Part shown: in pieces, positions 27,201 to 35,600 of the stretch
How the letters are laid out: each line of letters starts with the position of its first letter
Numbering within the stretch: the stretch's first letter is position 1
Source of the DNA: Patescibacteria group bacterium UBA661
GTDB taxonomy: Bacteria; Patescibacteriota; Minisyncoccia; Phycocordibacterales; UBA918
Assembly (NCBI GenBank): GCA_002299465.1
Contig: DBNX01000017.1
Coordinates: forward strand, 1-44,110
Reading direction: 5' to 3'
Length of the DNA stretch: 44,110 nt
Notes under the pieces: generated by a model
The model's input: only the letters and a program-made list of their open reading frames with translations
What the model was told of the DNA's origin: nothing
The model's database searches: none
Translations under genes and position numbers: made by a program

Positions 27201-27315
27201 GGCCAGCTACCACTAAAACTGGTCCTTCAATCGTCTCTACCGCCTGGCGCTGTTTGGCATTAAGACTATTAAGAGCCTCTAAAAAATCAGCTTCGTGGGT
27301 ATTTTTATTAGTCAT
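24292..27315 (-). CDS. UvrD/PcrA-type SF1 helicase fused to a C-terminal RecB-type PD-(D/E)xK nuclease (AddA-like)
   Basis: Walker A VAGPGTGKTQ, helicase motifs (DEHQD, VGDEKQAIYRFQGA). The C-terminal GKMDRVDF...VLDYKTGKPK...QVQFYVLLL is nuclease-motif-like. Confidence 0.88.
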   Translation of the reverse strand: MTNKNTHEADFLEALNSLNAKQRQAVETIEGPVLVVAGPGTGKTQILALRLANILYRTDLQPENVLALTFTESGAKAMRERLRRYLGPLAYRVPIFTFHGFASRLITEYPESFPRIIGGRPATDIEKVDLIETILEDTAFSVLRPLGNQTHYVPTLLKMISELKQSYISPTALSVIIAKQEADFSKVEKFHKGGAHKGKVRGEYSTLERELAKNRELHSVYLRYEAGLRSLRWYDFDDMLNEAIEALTGDIDLLRNLQETYQYILADEHQDVNGAQNKILELLCNFHDQPNIFVVGDEKQAIYRFQGASLENFLYFTTVFPDTVQISLTDNYRSGQKILDLAQALITVPDETMMRLRTPLLAKTTDPGEISWRHFSHQAVEDDWIVDAIKKKIDAGTAPSEIAVILRTNQEVENFSVRLRQAGFPVEASAEGDILQHPILQTSEGLLQAVLTEADESALVCVVQGAYWGLSTADIVKLLSARSYETSLALLLTSEARIKDLGLSEPEKALNIMKVITEARARAVYEPPQRVVQYLLEASGLLTHVMANDPIAGARVVRRIYDEIEAMVSRDGVSTLGAVRKLLATRRTYNLPMVAPYIVTSRTALKIMTAHKAKGLEFAVVFVPHLQDARWSGKAQRQAFKVPLDKYTADFAVDPIDDERRLLYVAFTRAKKELHLSASAQSIQGKDTTTFRLITELCDQKQLIPTDVSEFENEFSPVASLVSVKQTDQSATRALLQTLLLERGLSASSFNNLLANPWDFLFDNLLRVPTTKPLHLQFGTALHQVLDKTTKQHTTTGVWPENTDLLKWLKTELHRLPITTSEYTQLHEKGSVMLVRYLEHLKQTAATVTREELKLQAKLELTLPEIPEILLTGKMDRVDFATDGQALRVLDYKTGKPKTRGEILGETKNSDGNYLRQVQFYVLLLSRQEDERLHTDETVISFVEPLKNGSIREESFKITALEIDQLKTTIKQVVQEFWSGDFLNNEELAGASKHAVLAEQWLRRNCP

Positions 27316-27325
27316 ATTTCAGTTC

Positions 27326-27334
27326 ATGATAACA
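27326..27334 (-). promoter_or_regulatory. Extended -10 TGtTATCAT, 10 nt upstream of the helicase ATG (leaderless-type)
   Basis: The reverse complement of 27326-27334 reads TGTTATCAT. Confidence 0.45.
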
Positions 27335-27344
27335 GATTTAACTG

Positions 27345-27397
27345 AAAGTGCCGCTTTTAGAAAGACCCCGTGGGGGTCTTTCTAAAAGCGGCACTTT
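27345..27397 (-). terminator. 25-bp perfect hairpin (3-nt loop) downstream of the NhaD-like gene
   Basis: AAAGTGCCGCTTTTAGAAAGACCCC-GTG-GGGGTCTTTCTAAAAGCGGCACTTT, 14 nt after the minus-strand stop at 27411. Confidence 0.6.
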
Positions 27398-27410
27398 TTC
27401 CAACAAACCC

Positions 27411-28682
27411 CTAGAATAAAAGAAACTGTACGTACCAAACCGCAATTCCAGTCACAAAACCAGCCGCTGCTGGAATAGTAGCAATTTTAAGATACTGCAC
27501 AAAAGTCAATTCCTTAACCATACCCATCGCTACTACCCCGGCCGCGGAACCAATAGCCAACATCGATCCTCCTGTACCAACACAGATAGCTAAGAGTACC
27601 CAAATTCGGAAATCTTCAATCTCTAACATATCTATCGCCGCAGCGGTCAATGGAATGTTGTCAAAAATCGCCGATAACGCACCGAGTACGATACTGCCGA
27701 TAATCAACTGCGATGTCCCTGGATTGGCACCAAATAAGGAGTTAGAAATTGAGTCGAGAATACCAAGAAAACCAAGTGCCCCGACCGCAAATAAAATACC
27801 AATAAAAAACAACAGACTAGATATGTCGGTTTTAGAGAGTAACTTCTCAATATCAACGGCCAAATGCGATTCCCGAGTACTCATATTGGCGAACCAGCCA
27901 ATAATCAAACCAACCAAACCAACACCTAATAATAGTCCCATAAAAGGTGGTAGTCCAATGAGTTTAACCAAGGGTGGTAGTGCGAACGAAGCAAAGGCCG
28001 CAATGATAACCACCTTTTCCGAGCGAGTTAGATTCACAACTTCGTGTGTAACCGGTTTCTCGTCCGGTGTATCACCAACAATCTGACGCAAAAATAATAA
28101 GGTGCTAACTATAAAGATTGATAGCGCTGGTAAAAACCCCCAAAGAATAATCTCTAACGCTGTAAACTTACCAGCCAACCAAAGCATGATGGTAGTAACG
28201 TCCCCCACTGGAGAAAAAGCGCCTCCGGCATTAGCAGCAACTACAATCGCCCCCGCCGCTATCAACAAATTTTTTCCTTTGAAAAACCTTCTCGCAATCT
28301 GGACCATCACAATCGTAGTGGTGAGGTTATCGATAATTCCCGATAAGAAAAAAGTGATAATTGAAATCACAATAAACTGCGACCGGTCTTCCAGGCCCAA
28401 TCCGAATAATTTTGCTCGCAGTAAGTCAAAAAACCGATAATGCACCAGTATTTCAACCAGAGTCATCGCTGCCAAGAGAAAAACTATTAGCGAAAAAGTT
28501 TCTCCAGAGATATAATGGAGAGCACTTTCAATCGCATCATGATCATAAGTAGTGAGGGCGATTCCACCCCACAAAATAGCTGCTAAAGCCGTGGCTGTGA
28601 TTGATTTATTGATCTTCCAGTAGTGTTCTAGGGTGATGAGAATATAGCCCACCAAAAAGATGATGCTTGCAATTATTACCAT
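27411..28682 (-). CDS. NhaD/ArsB-superfamily ion transporter, NhaD-type Na+/H+ antiporter-like
   Basis: 423-aa polytopic protein. N-terminus VGYILITLEH..INKSITATALAAILW and block FFLSGIIDNLTTT are typical of NhaD-type permeases. Confidence 0.78.
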   Translation of the reverse strand: MVIIASIIFLVGYILITLEHYWKINKSITATALAAILWGGIALTTYDHDAIESALHYISGETFSLIVFLLAAMTLVEILVHYRFFDLLRAKLFGLGLEDRSQFIVISIITFFLSGIIDNLTTTIVMVQIARRFFKGKNLLIAAGAIVVAANAGGAFSPVGDVTTIMLWLAGKFTALEIILWGFLPALSIFIVSTLLFLRQIVGDTPDEKPVTHEVVNLTRSEKVVIIAAFASFALPPLVKLIGLPPFMGLLLGVGLVGLIIGWFANMSTRESHLAVDIEKLLSKTDISSLLFFIGILFAVGALGFLGILDSISNSLFGANPGTSQLIIGSIVLGALSAIFDNIPLTAAAIDMLEIEDFRIWVLLAICVGTGGSMLAIGSAAGVVAMGMVKELTFVQYLKIATIPAAAGFVTGIAVWYVQFLLF

Positions 28683-28777
28683 ATTGAGTATTTATGTTTT
28701 ATTTTTATTTAATGTTTGCTCTGAAAATAAAAAACAAAAACACCTGGAGACCAATTCGATCCAAAGACCAAATCGAC

Positions 28778-29224
28778 CTACAGGAGTTCTTGATGTTCTA
28801 AATAAGCGATACCAGTTTGCCTGCGCGCTTCCAGTGTAGGCATTAGCCGTCTAGCGCTGTTAGGACGCAACAAGCTGAGCGCTTCCTCCGGAGCGACGAA
28901 ACGATGCTCCAATAATTGCGGAGGCAACTTAATCGCTTTTTTCATTTCTTCTGTGAACACACCACCAGCAAAAATAAACATGACGTATTCGTCATTTTGA
29001 CCACGGTAATCAATACTAAGCAAACGTACTTGCGGAGACACATCGACACCAATCTCAGCGATCATCTCGCGCTGAAACGCTTGGCTTGGTGCCTCACCCA
29101 CCTCAACATACCCGCCCGGAAAAATCCACCCGTCTTTATGAGCTGGTTTTACTATCAAGACCCGATCTTCTTGATCTGTGATTAGTCCAGCCACAACAAT
29201 ATCTTTGGATACTTGATGTTTCAC
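28778..29224 (-). CDS. Nudix hydrolase
   Basis: Nudix box GGYVEVGEAPSQAFQREMIAEIGV. The start is ambiguous (TTG 29230, GTG 29227, GTG 29224). 29224 is chosen because it lies 6 nt from the TGcTAGAAT box. Confidence 0.82.
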   Translation of the reverse strand: MKHQVSKDIVVAGLITDQEDRVLIVKPAHKDGWIFPGGYVEVGEAPSQAFQREMIAEIGVDVSPQVRLLSIDYRGQNDEYVMFIFAGGVFTEEMKKAIKLPPQLLEHRFVAPEEALSLLRPNSARRLMPTLEARRQTGIAYLEHQELL

Positions 29225-29230
29225 CACCAA

Positions 29231-29239
29231 ATTCTAGCA
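29231..29239 (-). promoter_or_regulatory. Extended -10 TGcTAGAAT abutting the Nudix start region (leaderless-type)
   Basis: The reverse complement of 29231-29239 reads TGCTAGAAT. Confidence 0.45.
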
Positions 29240-29326
29240 CGTCTTTATTTTTAAGTCGATAAAAATAAACACCCGATAAGTCTTGTCAGATAAAAACCCG
29301 CCCTAGACTCCATTGAAAACGGCACT

Positions 29327-30691
29327 TTAGTATGACTTCAGCCGCCTAGCTTTGTCGTGTTGTCTGATTTTTTCCAGGGCCTTAGCTTCAATCTGACGAA
29401 TTCGCTCTCTAGTCACCCCAAACTCCTTCCCAACTTCTTCTAGTGTGTGGTAAGTACCGTCGAGTAGACCGTGACGCATTTCCAGGATTTTACGTTCTTT
29501 TTCTGATAACGTGTCTAAGATTTCAGTAATCTGATCAGTCAAAATGCTGTGGGCGACTTCTTGGTCGGGCGAAATTATTTTATCGTCAGCAATGAAATCA
29601 GACAGACTGGAGCGGTCATCATCATCACCAACTGGTAACTCCAGCGAGATAGTATCCTGTGAGATTTTTTCTATTTGGTAGATTTTTTCTACCTCTACTC
29701 CCATTTCAGTAGCAACTTCTTCCGGCATTGGGTCACGACCCAAATCCTGCGCCAACCGGCGTGACACTTGTTTGTATTTAGCCATTGTCTCTACCATGTG
29801 AACCGGAATGCGAATGGTGCGCGATTGGTCAGCCAGAGCGCGGGTGATAGCTTGGCGGATCCACCACGTGGCGTAAGTTGAAAACTTAAAACCTTTGGTA
29901 AAATCAAACTTATCAACCGCCTTAAAAAGGCCGAGGTTACCTTCTTGAATAAGATCAAGTAAAGTTAAATCCGGCGACCGACCAACATATTTTTTGGCAA
30001 TAGAAACAACCAGACGTAGGTTAGCGCGCGCTAAAAGATTACGTGCCTCTTCATCACCCTCGACAATCCGCTTTGCCAACACTCGCTCCTCATGAGCGCT
30101 GAGGAGTGGGTACTGTCCAATTTCGCGTAAGTACATTTGAATTGAATCATAGCCACTGTCACTGCGTTTGAAGGCGTTTTTCTGAGCGATGATATCAATG
30201 CTCGGGTCATCACCCAGCATACCTCCACTCTGGAGAACATCAATGCCAGCCGTAGCGAATCGTTCGTAAAGCACATCCAAAAAAGAAATGTCTTTCTCGA
30301 TTTCTGGAAATGAGCGTAGCAACTCATCGTAAGTTACATACCCGCGCTCTCGACCAAGCTGCATTAGCTCTGACGCTTTGAGCTCAAGAATCTTTTCGCT
30401 TTTAGTAAGTGTCTTTGGCTTGGTGTTGGTTTTTTTAACTGTTACTTTTTTTACTACCGCCTTTTTTGGGTTGGTAACCGGCGCTTTTTTGAGATTGGTT
30501 TTTACACGCGACACAGCCTTCCCAGCCGCTTTAACCGGCTTTTTGCTTACTTTTGTATCTTTTTTAACTACCGGTCTGGCTTTTGCTTTAGTTTTAGTCA
30601 CCACTGCCTTTTTGGCTGGTCTGCTGATTTTTTTTGTTACGGTTTTGGCCGTTTTTTTGTTTGTTTTTTTTGTGGCTTTTTTGATCGCCAT
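29327..30691 (-). CDS. rpoD: Primary RNA polymerase sigma factor (sigma-70 family) with a ~100-aa Lys-rich N-terminal tail
   Basis: Regions 1.1/1.2, 2 ([31 protein letters not shown]), 3 and 4 ([20 protein letters not shown]) are present. An ATG at 30691 is preferred over the GTG at 30700. Confidence 0.93.
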   Translation of the reverse strand: MAIKKATKKTNKKTAKTVTKKISRPAKKAVVTKTKAKARPVVKKDTKVSKKPVKAAGKAVSRVKTNLKKAPVTNPKKAVVKKVTVKKTNTKPKTLTKSEKILELKASELMQLGRERGYVTYDELLRSFPEIEKDISFLDVLYERFATAGIDVLQSGGMLGDDPSIDIIAQKNAFKRSDSGYDSIQMYLREIGQYPLLSAHEERVLAKRIVEGDEEARNLLARANLRLVVSIAKKYVGRSPDLTLLDLIQEGNLGLFKAVDKFDFTKGFKFSTYATWWIRQAITRALADQSRTIRIPVHMVETMAKYKQVSRRLAQDLGRDPMPEEVATEMGVEVEKIYQIEKISQDTISLELPVGDDDDRSSLSDFIADDKIISPDQEVAHSILTDQITEILDTLSEKERKILEMRHGLLDGTYHTLEEVGKEFGVTRERIRQIEAKALEKIRQHDKARRLKSY

Positions 30692-30700
30692 AGTGTCCAC

Positions 30701-30706
30701 ACTATA
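30701..30706 (-). promoter_or_regulatory. -10 TATAGT, 9 nt upstream of the rpoD ATG 30691, in the dnaG-rpoD spacer
   Basis: The reverse complement of 30701-30706 reads TATAGT. Confidence 0.4.
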
Positions 30707-30730
30707 CAGAAAAAATCAAAAATGTCCAGA

Positions 30731-32497
30731 CTATTTCTCACCTCCCACTAGCCAGCTCAACTCATAGTCAGGTTGACGCAAGGTCTGCTGTGCTTGCTCT
30801 ACTAGTTTTAGTGCCGCCGCGATTTTTGTCTCGTCTCCTTCCAATTCCGCTTCCTGCATAGTTAGTTTGGCTACTGTCATTTTTCGTTTTGCCATTAGCA
30901 GACGCAAATGATTCAGAGCATTTAACACCTCAGATTCAAAGACAATTCTTGACCGTGTGATAGATTCCGCTTCTGCCCGAAAAATCACTTCGGCCTGAAC
31001 GACACTCGATAAATTAGCTTCCATCTCAGCTACCGAACAACCCATAATTTCTGCCACCGCTTCCCCGAGACGCTTGGCTGTTGTTTCTGGAAACAAAGAC
31101 CTGACACTGATTAAATAAGTCTGTAATTTATCAACCCGAGTTTTTGTTTCGGCTTCTGGCTGGGTGGTATCTGCTTTAATTACATTCGGACTTTTGATCA
31201 TCATCGCTTCGGCTTTGCTAGAAGTTTCCAATAGACGCTCCACTTCGTAGTGCACAGCGGCGGCTGTCGTACCGAGTGCCGCTGCGACTACTTGTTCAAA
31301 ATGTTCCTGATCAATTTTATTAGACAAAATAGCAATAAAAGGTAAGACTTCTTCGCGAGCACGCAATTTCAAAACTCGCGGCGCTAAATCAAGTGCCAAC
31401 AACTGCTCCAACAACCATTCAATTATATGCCCAGACGAACCGACAGCATTCTTAAATAATTTAGGATCTTCTCTAACTAAATCAGCAGGGTCTTTCATCT
31501 GTAGGCGCGCCACTTTCACATCCATACCGCGTCGCAACATAATGTCAGCTGCTCGTTTGGCAGCGGACACACCTGCCTTATCAGCATCGAGTGCGAGCAC
31601 CACTTTAGGCGAAAGCCGTTCCAATAACTGTACGTGAAATTGTGTCAAAGCCGTTCCCGATACCGCCACTGTGTTGCGGTATCCGGCTTGGTGACTCATC
31701 ACTACATCAAACTGCCCTTCTACCAAAAGCGAAAAATCCATCTGACGAATTCCGCTCTTGGCTCGATCGTAGCCATAAAGAAGTTCTGATTTTTTGTACA
31801 ATTCTGTCTCTGGGGAATTTACATACTTTGGCACATCTGGACCTTTATCCAATGTCCGACCCGAAAAAGCCACCACTCGCCCCCCTTGATCAAACAACGG
31901 AAACATAATCCGGTTGCGAAAAACATCATAGGGTTCTTTACCATCTTCAGCTGTCTTGGTCAGTCCCACCTGCGCTAATTCCGCCTCCGAAAAACCTTTA
32001 CTTAAGAGATATTCTCTAGTCGTACGCCAACCCGCTGTGGGTGGCCCGGGCGCATAGCCAATCCGCCAACTCGCAATGGTATCAGCCAACACCCCGCGCT
32101 CTTTTAGATAAGTCATTGCCATTTCGTTTTGTCGCAACTGATTTACATAAAACATCGTCACCGTCTCCAACAGCGCATACCATCGCTCCCGTTGGGTTTG
32201 CTTAGCAGCAGACACTGGCGTCAATTCGACTCTGGCCTTTTCTGCTAAAATCCTAAGGGCTTCCTTAAAATCCACCCCTTCCATCGTCTGAATAAAAGTA
32301 AACATATCTCCACCTTGGTTAGTAGAAAAACAGTAGTACATACCACGATCGGGTGAGACGTAAAAAGACGGAGTTTTTTCGTTGGTAAATGGTGATTTAC
32401 CTTTGAAATTTTTACCCGCCTTATGCAACTCAACGTAAGGCGAAACAACATCCAAAATACTTAGCCGGTCTTTAATTTGCTGTACAGCATCAGACAT
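30731..32497 (-). CDS. dnaG: DNA primase
   Basis: N-terminal NEKTPSFYV block and TOPRIM region (LLVEGQFDVVMSHQAGY, VLALDADKAG). The start is set at the second ATG (32497), 10 nt from TATAAT. Confidence 0.9.
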   Translation of the reverse strand: MSDAVQQIKDRLSILDVVSPYVELHKAGKNFKGKSPFTNEKTPSFYVSPDRGMYYCFSTNQGGDMFTFIQTMEGVDFKEALRILAEKARVELTPVSAAKQTQRERWYALLETVTMFYVNQLRQNEMAMTYLKERGVLADTIASWRIGYAPGPPTAGWRTTREYLLSKGFSEAELAQVGLTKTAEDGKEPYDVFRNRIMFPLFDQGGRVVAFSGRTLDKGPDVPKYVNSPETELYKKSELLYGYDRAKSGIRQMDFSLLVEGQFDVVMSHQAGYRNTVAVSGTALTQFHVQLLERLSPKVVLALDADKAGVSAAKRAADIMLRRGMDVKVARLQMKDPADLVREDPKLFKNAVGSSGHIIEWLLEQLLALDLAPRVLKLRAREEVLPFIAILSNKIDQEHFEQVVAAALGTTAAAVHYEVERLLETSSKAEAMMIKSPNVIKADTTQPEAETKTRVDKLQTYLISVRSLFPETTAKRLGEAVAEIMGCSVAEMEANLSSVVQAEVIFRAEAESITRSRIVFESEVLNALNHLRLLMAKRKMTVAKLTMQEAELEGDETKIAAALKLVEQAQQTLRQPDYELSWLVGGEK

Positions 32498-32507
32498 AAA
32501 CATGTGT

Positions 32508-32513
32508 ATTATA
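32508..32513 (-). promoter_or_regulatory. -10 TATAAT, 10 nt upstream of the dnaG ATG 32497 (leaderless-type)
   Basis: The reverse complement of 32508-32513 reads TATAAT. Confidence 0.45.
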
Positions 32514-32542
32514 CGCGATGTTTAGCAAACGCACGATGTTAT

Positions 32543-32571
32543 TTGCTTTTTTTGTAAAAATGTGCTATAAT
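32543..32571 (+). promoter_or_regulatory. Orphan plus-strand promoter TTGCTT-17-(TGc)TATAAT pointing into the 61-nt palindrome
   Basis: -35 32543-32548, TG 32563-32564, perfect -10 32566-32571. There is no plus-strand ORF downstream. Confidence 0.4.
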
Positions 32572-32583
32572 TAAAAAATAGCC

Positions 32584-32644
32584 GTTGCCCATTCAAAAAA
32601 CAAAGCCACTCAGACTGAGTGGCTTTGTTTTTTGAATGGGCAAC
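32584..32644. terminator. 61-nt perfect palindrome (30-bp arms) containing a bidirectional intrinsic terminator, downstream of rpoC
   Basis: GTTGCCCATTCAAAAAACAAAGCCACTCAG-A-CTGAGTGGCTTTGTTTTTTGAATGGGCAAC. The rpoC stop is at 32651. Confidence 0.8.
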
Positions 32645-32650
32645 TAGACT

Positions 32651-35600
32651 TTAGTCAGCTTGAATTTTCTTGATGAGGTTGAATTTCTCACTGCCAGCAA
32701 AACCAGTACCCGCGGGTATGAGTTTACCAATAATCACGTTCTCCATAAGACCAGTCAAATTATCGTGACTGCCTTTTACGGCAGCGTTAATCAAAACCCG
32801 AGTAGTGTTTTGGAATGAAGCGGCTGACAAGAAACTCTTGCGAGAAAGTGAAGTTTCTGTAATGCCGAGAATTAACCGATCGGCTTTGGCTAATTCTTTA
32901 CCTTCGGCTTTAAGTTTGGCATTCTCTTCGGCAATAATCCATTCCTCAATCACCTCCCCTACCGTAAAGCGACTCTCACCCGAGTGAGTAATCTTCATTC
33001 GAGACATCATCTGCTTCACAATCAACTCAATGTGTTTACGAGCAATCGTCACGCCCTGTAGCTCGTATATCTTGTTGACTTCCGAAATGATGTAGTCCTG
33101 TGTTACTTCTTGACCACCGTATTTGAATAACTCTGGCAAAGAAGCCGAGCCATCTGTCAGTAGCTTTCCAGTCTTCACCGTGTCGCCCTTTGCGACTGTC
33201 ACCACGCGCCGGTAGTGGACCTCGTACTCAATGTTATCTTTTTTCTTAGGCGCACCCTTAGCAGTCATATCCGGTGCCACCACAATTACTTTTTCTCGCC
33301 CTTCCGTTCGAATATCAACCACCTGCCCTTCACAGTGTGAAATGACAGCTGGTATTTTCGGTTCACGTTTCTCAAACACCTCCTCCACTCGCGGCAGACC
33401 AGAAGTCACGTCGCCGCCTACTGAAGCCGCTCCCCCAGCGTGTTTGGTATTCATCGTTAACTGTGTCCCTGGTTCACCAATGGCCTGAGCGGCAATGGTG
33501 CCGACTGCTTCACCGATATCCACTAACTTGTTGGTAGTTAAATCAATACCATAACAGTGCTGGCAAACTCCCCTTAGAGTCTTACAAGTCATCGGTGAAC
33601 GCACTACCACCGACTCACAGGTTGATTCTTCTATAGCAATCGCATCCCGACGCGAGATAAGATGTCCTTGAGCAAAAACAACGCGTCCCTTGCTGTCAAC
33701 AGCGTCTTCAACCAAAATTCTTCCCTTAATGGCTTTCGAAAAAGCAATCTCAATACCCGAAGCAGAAATCCGACCAATCCGAACTCCTTGTTTAGTCTTG
33801 CAATCCGCCTCCGTCACAATCGCATCCTGAGCAACCACAAAGAGACGACGGGTGAGGTATCCAGCCTTTGCTGTCTGCAAAGCCGTGTCCGCCAGACCCT
33901 TACGAGAACCGTGCGTGGTAATAAAGTACTCAATTGGAGACATTCCTTCCTTCATGGAAGATAGAATTGGAAACTCAACCGTTTCGCCTCGAGTATTAAC
34001 AATGAGGCCTTTCATTCCTGCCATTTGAGCAATCTGCCCGAGCGAACCACGCGCCCCAGACTTCCACATTTCGTAAGCTGAACCATTTTCATTAAGAGTC
34101 TCTGGAAGCACCTTCTCAATCTCTGTTTTTGCGCGGTGCCAAACCTCAACAATCATCCGCCGTCGTTCGTCTCGAGAAATCAAACCTTCGTCAAAAGCCT
34201 CAACGATGCCCTGTTCTTCAGCTCGAGCTTTCTCTATGATTTTTGTCTTTTCCTTGGGCACACTCACTTCATCAATACCCCAAGTTGTACCAGAAACCGT
34301 AGCGTACTTCAGACCAAGTTTTTTCAATCGATCAACAATCGGTGGTACGGCTTCTGGGCCACGTGAATCAATAATGTCTATGATTACTGAAAACAACGTC
34401 TTCTGCACAATAACATCGTTAATGAAGTCGTGATCAGATGGTAGGACACTATTAAAGATGAGCCTCCCGACCGAAGTCGCAAAGAGCTTTCCTTCAAACT
34501 GTTTGTATTTTGGTGTATCGGTTGCCAACACTTGAATTTTGGCGCGAAAATCAATTACACCATGATCAAAGGCGTTAATCGCATCGTTCGGTGAGGCAAA
34601 ATATTTTCCTTCGCCTTTAGCACCCGGAATGATTTTTGTCATCCAATACGAACCGAGTGCCATATCAAGGAGTTTTTCTGACACCACCGGTTCGGATGAA
34701 CCGGGCTTCAGAATGTTCTTATTAGCTGAGATGATTTCTCGCGCTTCCAGTTGCGCTTCGTCTGACAGGGGTACGTGAACGGCCATTTGGTCACCGTCAA
34801 AGTCAGCGTTAAAAGCTCGACAAACTAGGGGGTGGACTTGGATAGCATTACCCTCAATCAGTACCGGTCGAAAGGCTTGAATACCCTGTCGGTGCAGAGT
34901 CGGGGCTCGGTTCAAAAGCACGTGTCGATGCCTAATCACATCTTCCAGTATCGCCCACACTTCCGGCACGCCGTCTTCAATCAGTCGCCCCGCGCCTCGA
35001 ATGTTATAAGCTAATTCTTGTTTGAGTAACTCAGCAATCACAAAGGGGCGGAAAAGTTCGAGTGCCATATGCTTAGGCAAACCACACTGATCAAGTGCTA
35101 ATTCCGGACCAATAACAATCACCGAACGACCAGAGTAGTCAACACGCTTACCCAAAAGATTTTGACGGAAATATCCCTGCTTACTTTTTAGATAATCCGA
35201 CAGAGACTTCAGTGGGCGTCTTTGCGCCTGACTCATGGCTGAGTAAGCTCCGCCGCCATGTCGAATTGAGTTGTCAATCAAGGCATCTACCGCTTCTTGC
35301 AAAATGCGTTTTTCGTTACGCAAAATCACATCTGGCGCCTGAATATCCATCAGCTTCTTGAGACGATTGTTACGATTGATAACTCGTCGGTACAAGTCAT
35401 TTAGGTCTGAGGAAGCGTGTCGACCTCCTTCCAAAGCCACCATCGGTCTAATCGCTGGCGGTATGACAGGAATCCGGGTGAGGAACATCCATTCTGGTCG
35501 CACTCCCGCATTATTCATTCCCCTGATTAAGGTCATTCTCTTATCAATTTTTGCCCGCTCCAAAGCTCCGGCTGTCGTTCGTTCTTTTTCGAGTTGAGTC

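Noticed and set aside
28742-28777. Near-direct repeat GACCAATTCGATCC / GACCAAATCGACC downstream of the Nudix gene.
   Set aside because: It is short and imperfect, with no associated structure or T-run. This is insufficient to call a repeat element or terminator.
30378-30767. 129-aa plus-strand ORF rich in Phe/Leu/Val/Thr.
   Set aside because: It is the antisense reading of the Lys-rich (AAA/AAG) N-terminal tail of rpoD. The hydrophobic repeats are a complement artefact.
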